A DNA stretch of 64,000 nucleotides, taken from NCBI GenBank assembly GCA_026391775.1, contig JAPLDK010000054.1:13907-77906 (forward strand), in the 5' to 3' direction. Below are positions 37,776 through 45,692 of the stretch, piece by piece. This stretch comes from Bacteroidota bacterium (GTDB taxonomy: Bacteria > Bacteroidota > Bacteroidia > Bacteroidales > FEN-979). The stretch's first letter is position 1; every line of letters starts with the position of its first letter. The notes under the pieces were generated by a model, which ran no database searches, was not told where the DNA came from, and saw only the letters and a list, made by a program, of their open reading frames with translations. Both the position numbers and the translations under genes were made by a program.

Positions 37776-39692
37776 TCAGGATTTCACAGGACAATAATCA
37801 ACGCATCTGGCGCAGCTGAAGCAGCGTCCTTTGTTGGTAACATAATCGGTACGGTAAACCGGCATCATGCGGCCTGCTGTCATCATCCCGAACACAAGGC
37901 CGATAAAGCCGCCGAAAAGCCATCCGCCAACATAAAATTTCTTTAATACCATGGAAGCCTCTTCATACACCTGGGCCTCAGTCTTGCCCGAGGATTTGTA
38001 TGCTTTAATCTCATATGACTCCTCTGCAACTGCAGAGTTACTGTTTGCCCCTGTTTTTTTTTCTTTAAGGTCGCTGCTTTTTGAAATTGCCAGCACCTCC
38101 TTCGCCAGCTTCACCCTGGAGTCAACGCCGGCAAGGGTTTCATGCAGCCTTGAGCCCGTGTAGCCAAACGCAAGGACCAGGAATGGGATGAGAACAGTAA
38201 GTATCATCATCTTTTTAACCATGGCCGGCCGGCTTTCAGGGCTTTTGGTTGTGACAGGGATATCGATGGCATCATAGGGACATGAATTCTCGCAGAGCCT
38301 GCATTGTATGCATTCCGAGGGGGTTATGCTGAGATGTTTCCTCGAAAAACGGCTTGTCCAGTTGAGCAGCACTCCGTATGGGCAGAGAAAGCGGCAGTAA
38401 GGCCGGGCAATGAAAACGCCGGAGAGCAGGAGGATGCCGCTGAACAGGAACATGCTGAAGGATGCGTTAAAACGGAATATTCCCACAAAAGGATCATAAC
38501 GGCAGATGATGAAATCGGTGCCGGTGGCCGCAAAAAGTACGGCAAGGCCCAGGTAAAGATAAGGGATGATGCCCAGGACAGTGTTCAGTCGTGGACCCAG
38601 CGCTTGTGGCTTGAATGCAAAGAAGTCCTGCATGGCTCCGAAAGGGCATACTGCCGCGCAAAAAGTACGGCCGAAGAAGAGCGTAAATACGAGAGGAAGG
38701 GCGAAAAAAAGAACGACACTGAGGGGTAGTATAAAAGTATTGTCGAACAGGGCCAGGCTTACATTCTGGATAGCCCCGATGGAACATACACAGCCTTCAC
38801 GGTAAAACCCGAAATATACAAGGGAGAATACACTCATGGCGAATACCCATAGCCTGGACCGTTTTTTAAGTACCAGCCAGGTGACCACTGAAAGCAAAAC
38901 GAAAAGTACAATTACATCCAGGCAGGCAAGGAATTCTCCCCGGGGAAGGGGTATCTGGGTCTGTGGCTGGGTGTATGCAGATTCGAATTCTGGCTTTGGG
39001 AAACGCTGTATCGCCATGGCGGCGGTGGAGAGCAGGGCAGCTACGCCGGTGAGGATGGCGGTCTTAGCGTTCCCGAAGCTTTTCAGCAATGAGGGTTTGT
39101 TGGCCGGTACCCGTGTAAAGGCCTGGGACGGGCAGTTCCTGGCAATGGAACATTCGTTGCAGTTCTTGCAGCAGTCGTGGCGCACCTGCAGCTGAAGGGA
39201 ACCGTTGCCGAAAGCGCCGCAGCCTTTCACGCATTTCCCGCAGCCTATGCAGAGTTCCTCGTTAACTGTATATTCGAAAAAAGGGTCTTCAATGAATTTC
39301 CGTTTAAGTGCATTGGTAGGGCAGAGCTGGTGTTCGGCTGCAGTGTCAAGGGTTTTGGTCCCCGGCTTGAAATAACCCCCGCAAAGGTCGCAATAGCCGC
39401 ACATGGCGAAGGCATGGGTGCATTTCACGGCCGAAGGGCTCATCACGCAATTGGTTGCACAGCGGCCGCATTGTATGCATCTGGCCGGATCAAGCTGCCA
39501 TACCATCTGCCTGGCTCCCATAGCAGCGGGAAGCATGCAGCTTTTTGACCTGCTGCAGCTGCTACAGTCAAAGCCGGATGAACAGGAATTTTTATCGCGT
39601 GAACGGAACAACAGTGACCCGCTGAGGAGCCCCAGGGCAGCGAGAATTCCTCCCCGCATCAAAGTATTTAAAAATTCACGCCTGTTTGGCAT
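37776..39692 (-). CDS. Tat-signal polyferredoxin membrane protein (NapG-like periplasmic ferredoxin domain fused to a NapH/NosH-like membrane core with cytoplasmic 4Fe-4S domains)
   Basis: Twin-arginine N-terminus MPNRREFLNTLMRGGILAALGLL. Ferredoxin motifs CIQCGRCATNC, CDLCGG, CIGCGKCVKGC, CKNCNEC lie before the first TM block. The membrane core has NapH-type motifs: REGCVCS, FCAAVCPFG, YCRFLCPYG. Then CIQCRLCENSCPYDAI, two further TM helices, and a terminal CFSCARCVDYCP. Confidence 0.8.
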   Translation of the reverse strand: MPNRREFLNTLMRGGILAALGLLSGSLLFRSRDKNSCSSGFDCSSCSRSKSCMLPAAMGARQMVWQLDPARCIQCGRCATNCVMSPSAVKCTHAFAMCGYCDLCGGYFKPGTKTLDTAAEHQLCPTNALKRKFIEDPFFEYTVNEELCIGCGKCVKGCGAFGNGSLQLQVRHDCCKNCNECSIARNCPSQAFTRVPANKPSLLKSFGNAKTAILTGVAALLSTAAMAIQRFPKPEFESAYTQPQTQIPLPRGEFLACLDVIVLFVLLSVVTWLVLKKRSRLWVFAMSVFSLVYFGFYREGCVCSIGAIQNVSLALFDNTFILPLSVVLFFALPLVFTLFFGRTFCAAVCPFGAMQDFFAFKPQALGPRLNTVLGIIPYLYLGLAVLFAATGTDFIICRYDPFVGIFRFNASFSMFLFSGILLLSGVFIARPYCRFLCPYGVLLNWTSRFSRKHLSITPSECIQCRLCENSCPYDAIDIPVTTKSPESRPAMVKKMMILTVLIPFLVLAFGYTGSRLHETLAGVDSRVKLAKEVLAISKSSDLKEKKTGANSNSAVAEESYEIKAYKSSGKTEAQVYEEASMVLKKFYVGGWLFGGFIGLVFGMMTAGRMMPVYRTDYVTNKGRCFSCARCVDYCPVKS

Positions 39693-39696
39693 TGTT

Positions 39697-40659
39697 TTAT
39701 TTTTTTACAAAGATCCTCACAAGGTTCTTTTCAGGATCCAGCACTATGATCCTGTCCTCCGAGTCTACGGCCAGGTCCAGTCCCCGCGTGCCTTCAATGA
39801 ACGCTGAGGGTGGGGCAACAATACATTTAAACACTCCCTGCGGCGAAAATACCTTTACCCGTTCAATCCCTTTCTCGCTTGTCACAAAAGAACCGTCGGA
39901 GAGGAAAGCAAAATGCGACGGGTTACAGCATCCGCAGAAACCGTCGACAGCCATGGATGCCTCTCCCCAGGCTGAGTTCAGGCTGCCGTCATTACTGAAT
40001 TGTTCGAGGGAATGCCTGCCTGTATTAGCGACCCAGAGTTCCCCTTTCGTTCCAAGAGCCAGGTCGAAATACGGGCTGGGGACAATAAAACCCGGAATGT
40101 TTTTCTGAGGGTCCTTTTCGCCTATGCGGTTTATGAGACGGCCGCTATGGTCATAGCGGTAAACAATCTTCTTGCCCGCATCGGCAAGAAAAACAAAGGA
40201 ATCGGACACGGCTATGCCTGTAAGTACAGATTCACCGGAAATGCTTTTCCATTTTTTCAGAGGTCTTCCAATCTGATCAAAAACCTCCACATGCTCCTGT
40301 ATGCCTATAAAGATGTCTCCTTTTTTATCAAGGGCCAGGCAGCTCGCAACGCCTTCAAACCTGAAATTCCCGTCGGGTTTACCATCCATATTGTATACCT
40401 CCAGGCCGTTTTTTCCTGCCACATAAATACGGTCCCCGGGCCCGCAGGCTATAGCATGTATTTCTTCCAGCTCCGGTTTGATTATGAGCTGTTCGGAATA
40501 TGCATTGAGGCTGCTGTCGGTCTTTTTCAGCTCTCCCAGCTTATAGTCGTAGGGATTTGCCTGATCTGCTTTCTTCGAAGAAAACAGGTCGGCCAGCATG
40601 ATAGCGATCACTGCAACAAGCAGTATCAGCCCTGAGATTATAAAGATCTTCTGTTTCAT
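39697..40659 (-). CDS. N-terminally anchored NHL-repeat six-bladed beta-propeller protein
   Basis: TM/signal anchor MKQKIFIISGLILLVAVIAIML. Six repeats of the NHL pattern end in x-V-x-x-F/Y-x-x-x-G: LEVYNMDGK, VEVFDQIGR, IVYRYDHSGR, SLEQFSNDGS, RVKVFSPQG, LVRIFVK. An unusual cysteine cluster, FCGCCNPSH, lies between blades 4 and 5. Confidence 0.7.
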   Translation of the reverse strand: MKQKIFIISGLILLVAVIAIMLADLFSSKKADQANPYDYKLGELKKTDSSLNAYSEQLIIKPELEEIHAIACGPGDRIYVAGKNGLEVYNMDGKPDGNFRFEGVASCLALDKKGDIFIGIQEHVEVFDQIGRPLKKWKSISGESVLTGIAVSDSFVFLADAGKKIVYRYDHSGRLINRIGEKDPQKNIPGFIVPSPYFDLALGTKGELWVANTGRHSLEQFSNDGSLNSAWGEASMAVDGFCGCCNPSHFAFLSDGSFVTSEKGIERVKVFSPQGVFKCIVAPPSAFIEGTRGLDLAVDSEDRIIVLDPEKNLVRIFVKK

Positions 40660-40664
40660 TTTTA

Positions 40665-42092
40665 TTACTGTTTGGCCCTGATATCGAGACAGACGAGGGT
40701 TTTTGAATCCCTCATCAGAAGGTAACCTCCGGTTATTGCTATAGGTCCCCAGGAATCCTGGCCGTCGATGATCCTGGCTTTGTCGAGGACTGTAAATCCT
40801 GCAGGTGAAGCCTTTGCAATGGTCATTTCGCCATCATCATTCAGAATAAAAAATTTTCCGTCGGCAAGTATATAAGGCCCTAAGCCGAACCTGTCAGTCT
40901 TGCCGCTGCTCATCACTATATTGCTGCAGTCGTTACCCCTGCAACAGACAAAATGGTTCCGCAGCCCCCCGGCATCTTTCGGGAGAATACCATAAAGATA
41001 ACCACCGTAGTATACCGGGGTTTGCTGTTCCGATGCCAGCCCTTCCTGGGGCTTCAGCTTTTGCAACAGTTTCACCGAATATACCCCATTGTTTTCATTT
41101 ACCTGCAGCAGGGCAGAGCCGGCACCATAACCTGCGCTTACAAAGATACGCCCTTCATCCATTACAACCGGGCTGGGTGCAACCACAGAAGGAGCGAAAG
41201 CAGTGGTTTCCCATAAGACCCTGCCACGATCCGGGCCTTCGGCTGCGATGCCACAGACACCGCCTATAGCGCAGTAAACGTACATTTTCCTGCCGTTCAG
41301 GGTCATCGGCATCAGGGAAGAATGAGACATTTTCCAGTTGTGGGGATTTGGAGTTTCCCAGGTTTTCCTGCCGGTTTTACAATCCACGGCGATCAGCAGC
41401 GATTTTCCTCCAACAGCAATAATAGCGGTATCGTGATCAATAAGGGGGCACTGCCCTGTATACCAGAACGGCACCTCGGCCTGGAATTCCCTCCCCAGGT
41501 CGAAACCCCAGAGCAGTTCCCCGCTGATGCGGTCACAGCACATCACCTGGCAGCGGGGCCCGATAGTCACTACATAGTTTTTTGAAACTGCAGGAATAGT
41601 GCGGGAAAGACCGTGGTTTCGTTTCAGGTGAACATGGTATCCTCTTCGCCATAGTTCCTCGCCTGTTGGTAATGAGAAACATCGTAAGGCGTCTTCTTTT
41701 TTTGACTCGTCGTAATCAAGCAGGTACACACGGCCGTCGTACACAGCCGCCGCCGCATGCCCCTCACCCAGGTTTAGCTTCCAAAGAATATGCGGGCCTG
41801 ACTTGCCCCATTTGGATATCAGCCGTACATTCTCCTTATTGATATTGTCAAACTCCTCTCCCCTGAAACGTGGCCAGCTGACACCCGGCATGCCGGCGAA
41901 GGATTTATAGAAGACAAAGTTTTCGCCAATGTTGACTTTCTCACCGGAGGCCGCATGACCTTTCTTCCTGTTATCCATACCGGGAACGGATAATTTAAAA
42001 GAAGAAGCAGGATCATGGAAAAACCAGGCAGCCATCAGGCCAATGCCAAGTACTACAAGGAAAGGCAGGATATATCTGGAAAATTTCTTCAC
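40665..42092 (-). CDS. Secreted or anchored PQQ-like beta-propeller repeat protein
   Basis: N-terminal hydrophobic segment ILPFLVVLGIGLMAAWF, then WPRFRGEEFDN. Blade motifs: GEELWRR, GELLWGF, GRKTWET, GRVLWET, and EGHAAAAVYDGRVY. Confidence 0.75.
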   Translation of the reverse strand: MKKFSRYILPFLVVLGIGLMAAWFFHDPASSFKLSVPGMDNRKKGHAASGEKVNIGENFVFYKSFAGMPGVSWPRFRGEEFDNINKENVRLISKWGKSGPHILWKLNLGEGHAAAAVYDGRVYLLDYDESKKEDALRCFSLPTGEELWRRGYHVHLKRNHGLSRTIPAVSKNYVVTIGPRCQVMCCDRISGELLWGFDLGREFQAEVPFWYTGQCPLIDHDTAIIAVGGKSLLIAVDCKTGRKTWETPNPHNWKMSHSSLMPMTLNGRKMYVYCAIGGVCGIAAEGPDRGRVLWETTAFAPSVVAPSPVVMDEGRIFVSAGYGAGSALLQVNENNGVYSVKLLQKLKPQEGLASEQQTPVYYGGYLYGILPKDAGGLRNHFVCCRGNDCSNIVMSSGKTDRFGLGPYILADGKFFILNDDGEMTIAKASPAGFTVLDKARIIDGQDSWGPIAITGGYLLMRDSKTLVCLDIRAKQ

Positions 42093-42093
42093 C

Positions 42094-43311
42094 TCATTTT
42101 TTCCTGATGTCGAAGGCCATCAGGGAATTGCCATGCCTGACATACAGACGGCCATTCTTGATGACCAGGTGCGCCCAGTGCTGGGCTGTTCCGAAAGGCA
42201 CCTTGAATGTGCTGACCTTGCCGAAACCGGTGGGAGTGGGCTGTGCAAGCACGACCTCGCCATTATCCCCGTAGAGATACAACAAACCTTCTGCAGAAAT
42301 AATGTTCCCCTTGCCGGTAACCTTTTCATGGTACATATCAGTCCCTGTCTTCCAGTCGGTACAATACCAGGCTTTGCCGGAATCATCCGATCCTAAGATC
42401 TTACCGTTAATAACCACAAAACCTCCCATCCTGTTGCTGATGGAAGGACTTCTCCACGTCTCACTCACACTGCTCCCGTCGGAACTCAGTTTCAGCATTA
42501 CCCCGCCTTTGTCATACCCTGAAACACAATACACCGAGCCGTCAATATATACAGGTGTGTTTGCGTGTACCGACCATGTATTGGGCTGATCAACGCTCCA
42601 GAGAAATTTTCCGTTTTCCGCGTCAATTCCGATAATAGAGCCAGCAGTATGGGTGACAAGTATCTTCCGGTTGTTATGCGAGAAAAGGGCAGGGGAACAG
42701 TAAGCGCTGGCTTCGCCTTTGGCTGCGCATTTCCATACAAGCTTGCCGGTATTGCGGTCAATGGCCACGACATTGGCCTCGGGCCCTCCCGGTGTGCAAA
42801 ACAGCTTATTGCCATCGATCAGGAGGTTCTCGGTAATACCCCATTTTATATTCGGGGCATTGAAATCTTTCAGAATATCTATGGTCCAGATGAGATCCCC
42901 GTTATCTGCCTTTCGGCAAACAAGTTTGCCGAAACCACTCATCAGGTAAATCTTCCCATCGTAAATCAGCGGGGTGCTGCGGACACCCTGCCAGCTTTCG
43001 GTCCATTCTTCTCCATAAGGAATTTTCCAGAGCAGTTTGCCGCTCAGGTCAAATGAAAAAATATAGCCGATCCCGTTGATCTCACCGTTGGTGTAAATAC
43101 GGTCATTGGTGACAGCAGCCGAAGAATGTCCCTCCCCGATCTCATCATAATGCCAGAGCAGGACCGGGCCGGTTTCGGGCCATGATTTCAAAAGGCCGCT
43201 TTCTTGATAGATGCCGTCGCGGTTTGGACCTCTCCATTGCGCAATATCCTGGGAATAAGATGAATAAACCAACAGGTTCATCAGGCAGAAAAGAAAAATA
43301 ATTCGATTCAT
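42094..43311 (-). CDS. Secreted PQQ-like beta-propeller repeat protein (first gene of the minus-strand cluster)
   Basis: The track start at 43347 is TTG and overlaps a -7 promoter box. The ATG at 43311 gives MNRIIFLFCLMNLLVYSSYSQ, a clean signal peptide, followed by WRGPNRDG. Blade motifs: GKLLWKI, GDLIWTI, GKLVWKC, GKFLWSV. Its stop lies 1 nt from the next start. Confidence 0.75.
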   Translation of the reverse strand: MNRIIFLFCLMNLLVYSSYSQDIAQWRGPNRDGIYQESGLLKSWPETGPVLLWHYDEIGEGHSSAAVTNDRIYTNGEINGIGYIFSFDLSGKLLWKIPYGEEWTESWQGVRSTPLIYDGKIYLMSGFGKLVCRKADNGDLIWTIDILKDFNAPNIKWGITENLLIDGNKLFCTPGGPEANVVAIDRNTGKLVWKCAAKGEASAYCSPALFSHNNRKILVTHTAGSIIGIDAENGKFLWSVDQPNTWSVHANTPVYIDGSVYCVSGYDKGGVMLKLSSDGSSVSETWRSPSISNRMGGFVVINGKILGSDDSGKAWYCTDWKTGTDMYHEKVTGKGNIISAEGLLYLYGDNGEVVLAQPTPTGFGKVSTFKVPFGTAQHWAHLVIKNGRLYVRHGNSLMAFDIRKK

Positions 43312-43344
43312 AAAAACAGCAGTTTGAATAGGTGGATTGTTCTT

Positions 43345-43352
43345 CAAAATTA
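43345..43352 (-). promoter_or_regulatory. -7 promoter box TAATTTTG for the 11-gene minus-strand cluster
   Basis: The plus strand reads caaaatta. It lies 34 nt upstream of the ATG at 43311 and would fall inside the coding region if the TTG at 43347 were the true start. Confidence 0.35.
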
Positions 43353-43387
43353 CAATTATTTTTCATTCGGAGAACCTTAATGCCTTG

Positions 43388-43401
43388 TTTATCAATATCA
43401 A
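43388..43401. promoter_or_regulatory. FNR/CRP-like palindrome TTTAT-N4-ATCAA in the divergent intergenic region
   Basis: The sequence tttatcaatatcaa has one mismatch to TTGAT-N4-ATCAA. It lies 77 nt upstream of the cluster ATG (43311) and 10 nt upstream of the deaD -7 box. Confidence 0.25.
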
Positions 43402-43410
43402 AAAAATTCG

Positions 43411-43418
43411 TACCTTTG
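43411..43418 (+). promoter_or_regulatory. -7 promoter box TACCTTTG upstream of the DEAD-box helicase
   Basis: It matches TAnnTTTG about 100 nt upstream of the ATG at 43519. That implies a long leader, which is common for cold-shock helicase genes. Confidence 0.35.
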
Positions 43419-43518
43419 CGCCCTTATTAATCCGTGTTCCCGGTCAATTTATTTTTCCCACCTTAAGAGATTCACACCAAGGACCCGAAAATCCGCTAGC
43501 ACATAAATTTTATTTATC

Positions 43519-45234
43519 ATGTTTACATTTGAAGAATTAGGCATTTCCCAGCAATATGTCAGGGCCATAGTAGAACTTGGCTTTGAAGCTGCAATGCCTG
43601 TTCAGGAAAAAGTCATCCCGCTTGTCCTGAATGAAAACCAGGATATGATCGTTCTGGCCCAGACAGGGACGGGAAAAACGGCTGCATATGGCCTCCCTCT
43701 TATCCAGATGATAGCCCCGGAAGTCAACAATCCGCAGGTACTGGTCCTTTGCCCGACCAGGGAACTTTGCATGCAGATCGCAGATGACCTTAACGACTTT
43801 GCAAAATTTAATAATGATCTCACTACCCTGCCTGTATTCGGGGGCAGCAGCATAGATGTTCAGATAAAAGCCCTCAGGAAGGGGATACAGATCGTTGTGG
43901 CTACGCCAGGGAGGCTCCTCGACCTCATCCGCCGTAAGGCGATAAAATTAAACCAGATCAGAACAGTTGTTTTGGATGAAGCAGATGAGATGCTGAACAT
44001 GGGTTTCAGCGAAGACCTCAGGGACATCCTTGAAACTGTTCCTCCCCAGAGGAGGGCTCTGTTGTTTTCAGCAACAATGCCTTCTGAAGTTGCCTCAATT
44101 GCCCGGAAATACATGAAAGATCCGATCGAGGTTACTATAGGCACCAAAAATGCGGGCGCCGAAAATATCAAGCATGTTTATTATACCGTTCATGCAAAAG
44201 ACAAATACCCTGCATTAAAACGTATCGTGGATTTTTATCCTTCGGTTTACGGTATCGTTTTTTGCCGTACCCGTAAGGAAACCCAGGAAATTGCCGATAA
44301 ACTGATTCAGGATGGTTACAATGCCGAATCCCTTCATGGCGATTTATCGCAGATCCAGAGAGACACAGTGATGAACAAGTTCAGGATTGGCCATATACGC
44401 CTGCTGGTTGCCACCGATGTGGCTGCACGTGGCCTGGATGTGGAAAACCTCACGCATATCATCAATTATAACCTTCCCGAAGACCTTGATTCATATACCC
44501 ACAGGAGCGGCAGAACCGGCAGGGCAGGCAGGTTTGGAACCTCTATCATTTTGCTGAACCTGAAAGAAAAATACCTGATCAAGAAAATTGAGAAGAAGAT
44601 CAATAAAACCTTTACTTCTTCAACCGTTCCGACGGGACGGCAGATCTGTGAAAAACAACTTTTCAGCATGGTCGATAAAATGGAGAAGGTCGATATAGAC
44701 AATGAAGAGATCGATACTTACCTGCCCCAGATCTACCGTAAGCTTGAGTGGCTTGACAAGGAAGAGATCATTAAGCGGTTTGTAGCCCTTGAATTCAACC
44801 GATTCATTGAGTATTACAAGAATGCTCAGGATCTGAATGTCCCGGAAGATAATTTTAAAGGAAACAGGGGCGAGAAATTCGGTAAGAAGGACTGGAAAGA
44901 CAGAAGTCATGGCAATGATGATGGGAAACCCGACTGGAAGGAGAGAAATCAGGGCGGTGAAGCCGGATTTACAAAGCTTATCATCAACAAGGGCAGACAA
45001 GACGGTATGTTTGCAGCCGAGCTGATGGAATTGATCAACAGGAACACTCACGGTAAAAAAATCAGGCTTGGGAAAATTGAACTGACAAAAAAAGCCGCGA
45101 TTTTTGAAGTTCCGGGTTCAGAGGTTGGCCAACTGATGAAGTCACTGAAAAACGCACGTTTCGGCGATGCTGCTGTAAAGGTGGATTTTCTTAATGAAAA
45201 AAAGAGTCCGAATAAAAAGTTCTTCAGGGGCTGA
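43519..45234 (+). CDS. deaD: DEAD-box ATP-dependent RNA helicase (DeaD/CsdA-like, with C-terminal RNA-binding extension)
   Basis: F-x-x-x-x-PVQ Q-motif region, AQTGTGKT, PTRELC, DEADEM, SAT, HRSGRTGRAG. The C-terminus is basic with a DbpA-like domain. Confidence 0.9.
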   Translation: MFTFEELGISQQYVRAIVELGFEAAMPVQEKVIPLVLNENQDMIVLAQTGTGKTAAYGLPLIQMIAPEVNNPQVLVLCPTRELCMQIADDLNDFAKFNNDLTTLPVFGGSSIDVQIKALRKGIQIVVATPGRLLDLIRRKAIKLNQIRTVVLDEADEMLNMGFSEDLRDILETVPPQRRALLFSATMPSEVASIARKYMKDPIEVTIGTKNAGAENIKHVYYTVHAKDKYPALKRIVDFYPSVYGIVFCRTRKETQEIADKLIQDGYNAESLHGDLSQIQRDTVMNKFRIGHIRLLVATDVAARGLDVENLTHIINYNLPEDLDSYTHRSGRTGRAGRFGTSIILLNLKEKYLIKKIEKKINKTFTSSTVPTGRQICEKQLFSMVDKMEKVDIDNEEIDTYLPQIYRKLEWLDKEEIIKRFVALEFNRFIEYYKNAQDLNVPEDNFKGNRGEKFGKKDWKDRSHGNDDGKPDWKERNQGGEAGFTKLIINKGRQDGMFAAELMELINRNTHGKKIRLGKIELTKKAAIFEVPGSEVGQLMKSLKNARFGDAAVKVDFLNEKKSPNKKFFRG

Positions 45235-45649
45235 TCTTTGACCTCTGTTCCTTCTTTTCTGCCTTAATCCGTTTAGCCTCCAGCCTTTTTTCCCTTGCTG
45301 CTGCGGATGGCCTTGTTGGTTTTCTCTTTTTCCTTGGAGTTAAAGCCTTGGTGAGCAGGGCATAGAATTTCTCAATTACTGCTTCTTTATTTTTCAACTG
45401 GGTCCTTTCACTCTGAGAGACCAGGACAAGTTCTCCTTCTTTGTTTATCCTTGAACCCAGCTTTTCTATCAGGCATATTTTTTCATCCTGGGCGAGCAGG
45501 GCAGAATTCATCACATGAAAACGCAGTTCCATTTTCGTGCTGACCTTGTTAACATTTTGCCCGCCAGGGCCGCTGCTGCGGGATGCTGAAAAAACAAGTT
45601 CCGGGGAGAAGTCCCGGCCAGTTAATGAGAAACTGCTCATGTACTCCAC
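45224..45649 (-). CDS. arfB: Alternative ribosome-rescue factor ArfB (peptidyl-tRNA hydrolase, YaeJ family)
   Basis: It has the SGPGGQNVNKV GGQ motif, is about 140 aa long, and has a Lys/Arg-rich C-terminal tail (KKRKPTRPSAAAREKRLEAKRIKAEKKEQRSK). Confidence 0.85.
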   Translation of the reverse strand: MEYMSSFSLTGRDFSPELVFSASRSSGPGGQNVNKVSTKMELRFHVMNSALLAQDEKICLIEKLGSRINKEGELVLVSQSERTQLKNKEAVIEKFYALLTKALTPRKKRKPTRPSAAAREKRLEAKRIKAEKKEQRSKISP

Positions 45650-45667
45650 TTTCCGGCAAAAATATTA

Positions 45668-45675
45668 TATATTTG
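45668..45675 (+). promoter_or_regulatory. -7 promoter box TATATTTG upstream of the M28 peptidase
   Basis: It matches TAnnTTTG and lies 18 nt upstream of the ATG at 45693. Confidence 0.4.
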
Positions 45676-45692
45676 TTGAAACCCGTACAGGT

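Noticed and set aside
40000-40635. 211-aa plus-strand ORF opposite the NHL propeller gene, and 39686..40108
   Set aside because: It is antisense to a gene with six readable NHL blades that fits the tight spacing of the operon. Its translation has no recognisable features.
45537-45692. Track start of the M28 peptidase ORF at 45537
   Set aside because: That start would overlap arfB by more than 100 nt on the opposite strand and would add a non-signal N-terminus. The ATG at 45693 is preceded by a TATATTTG box and gives a canonical signal peptide.
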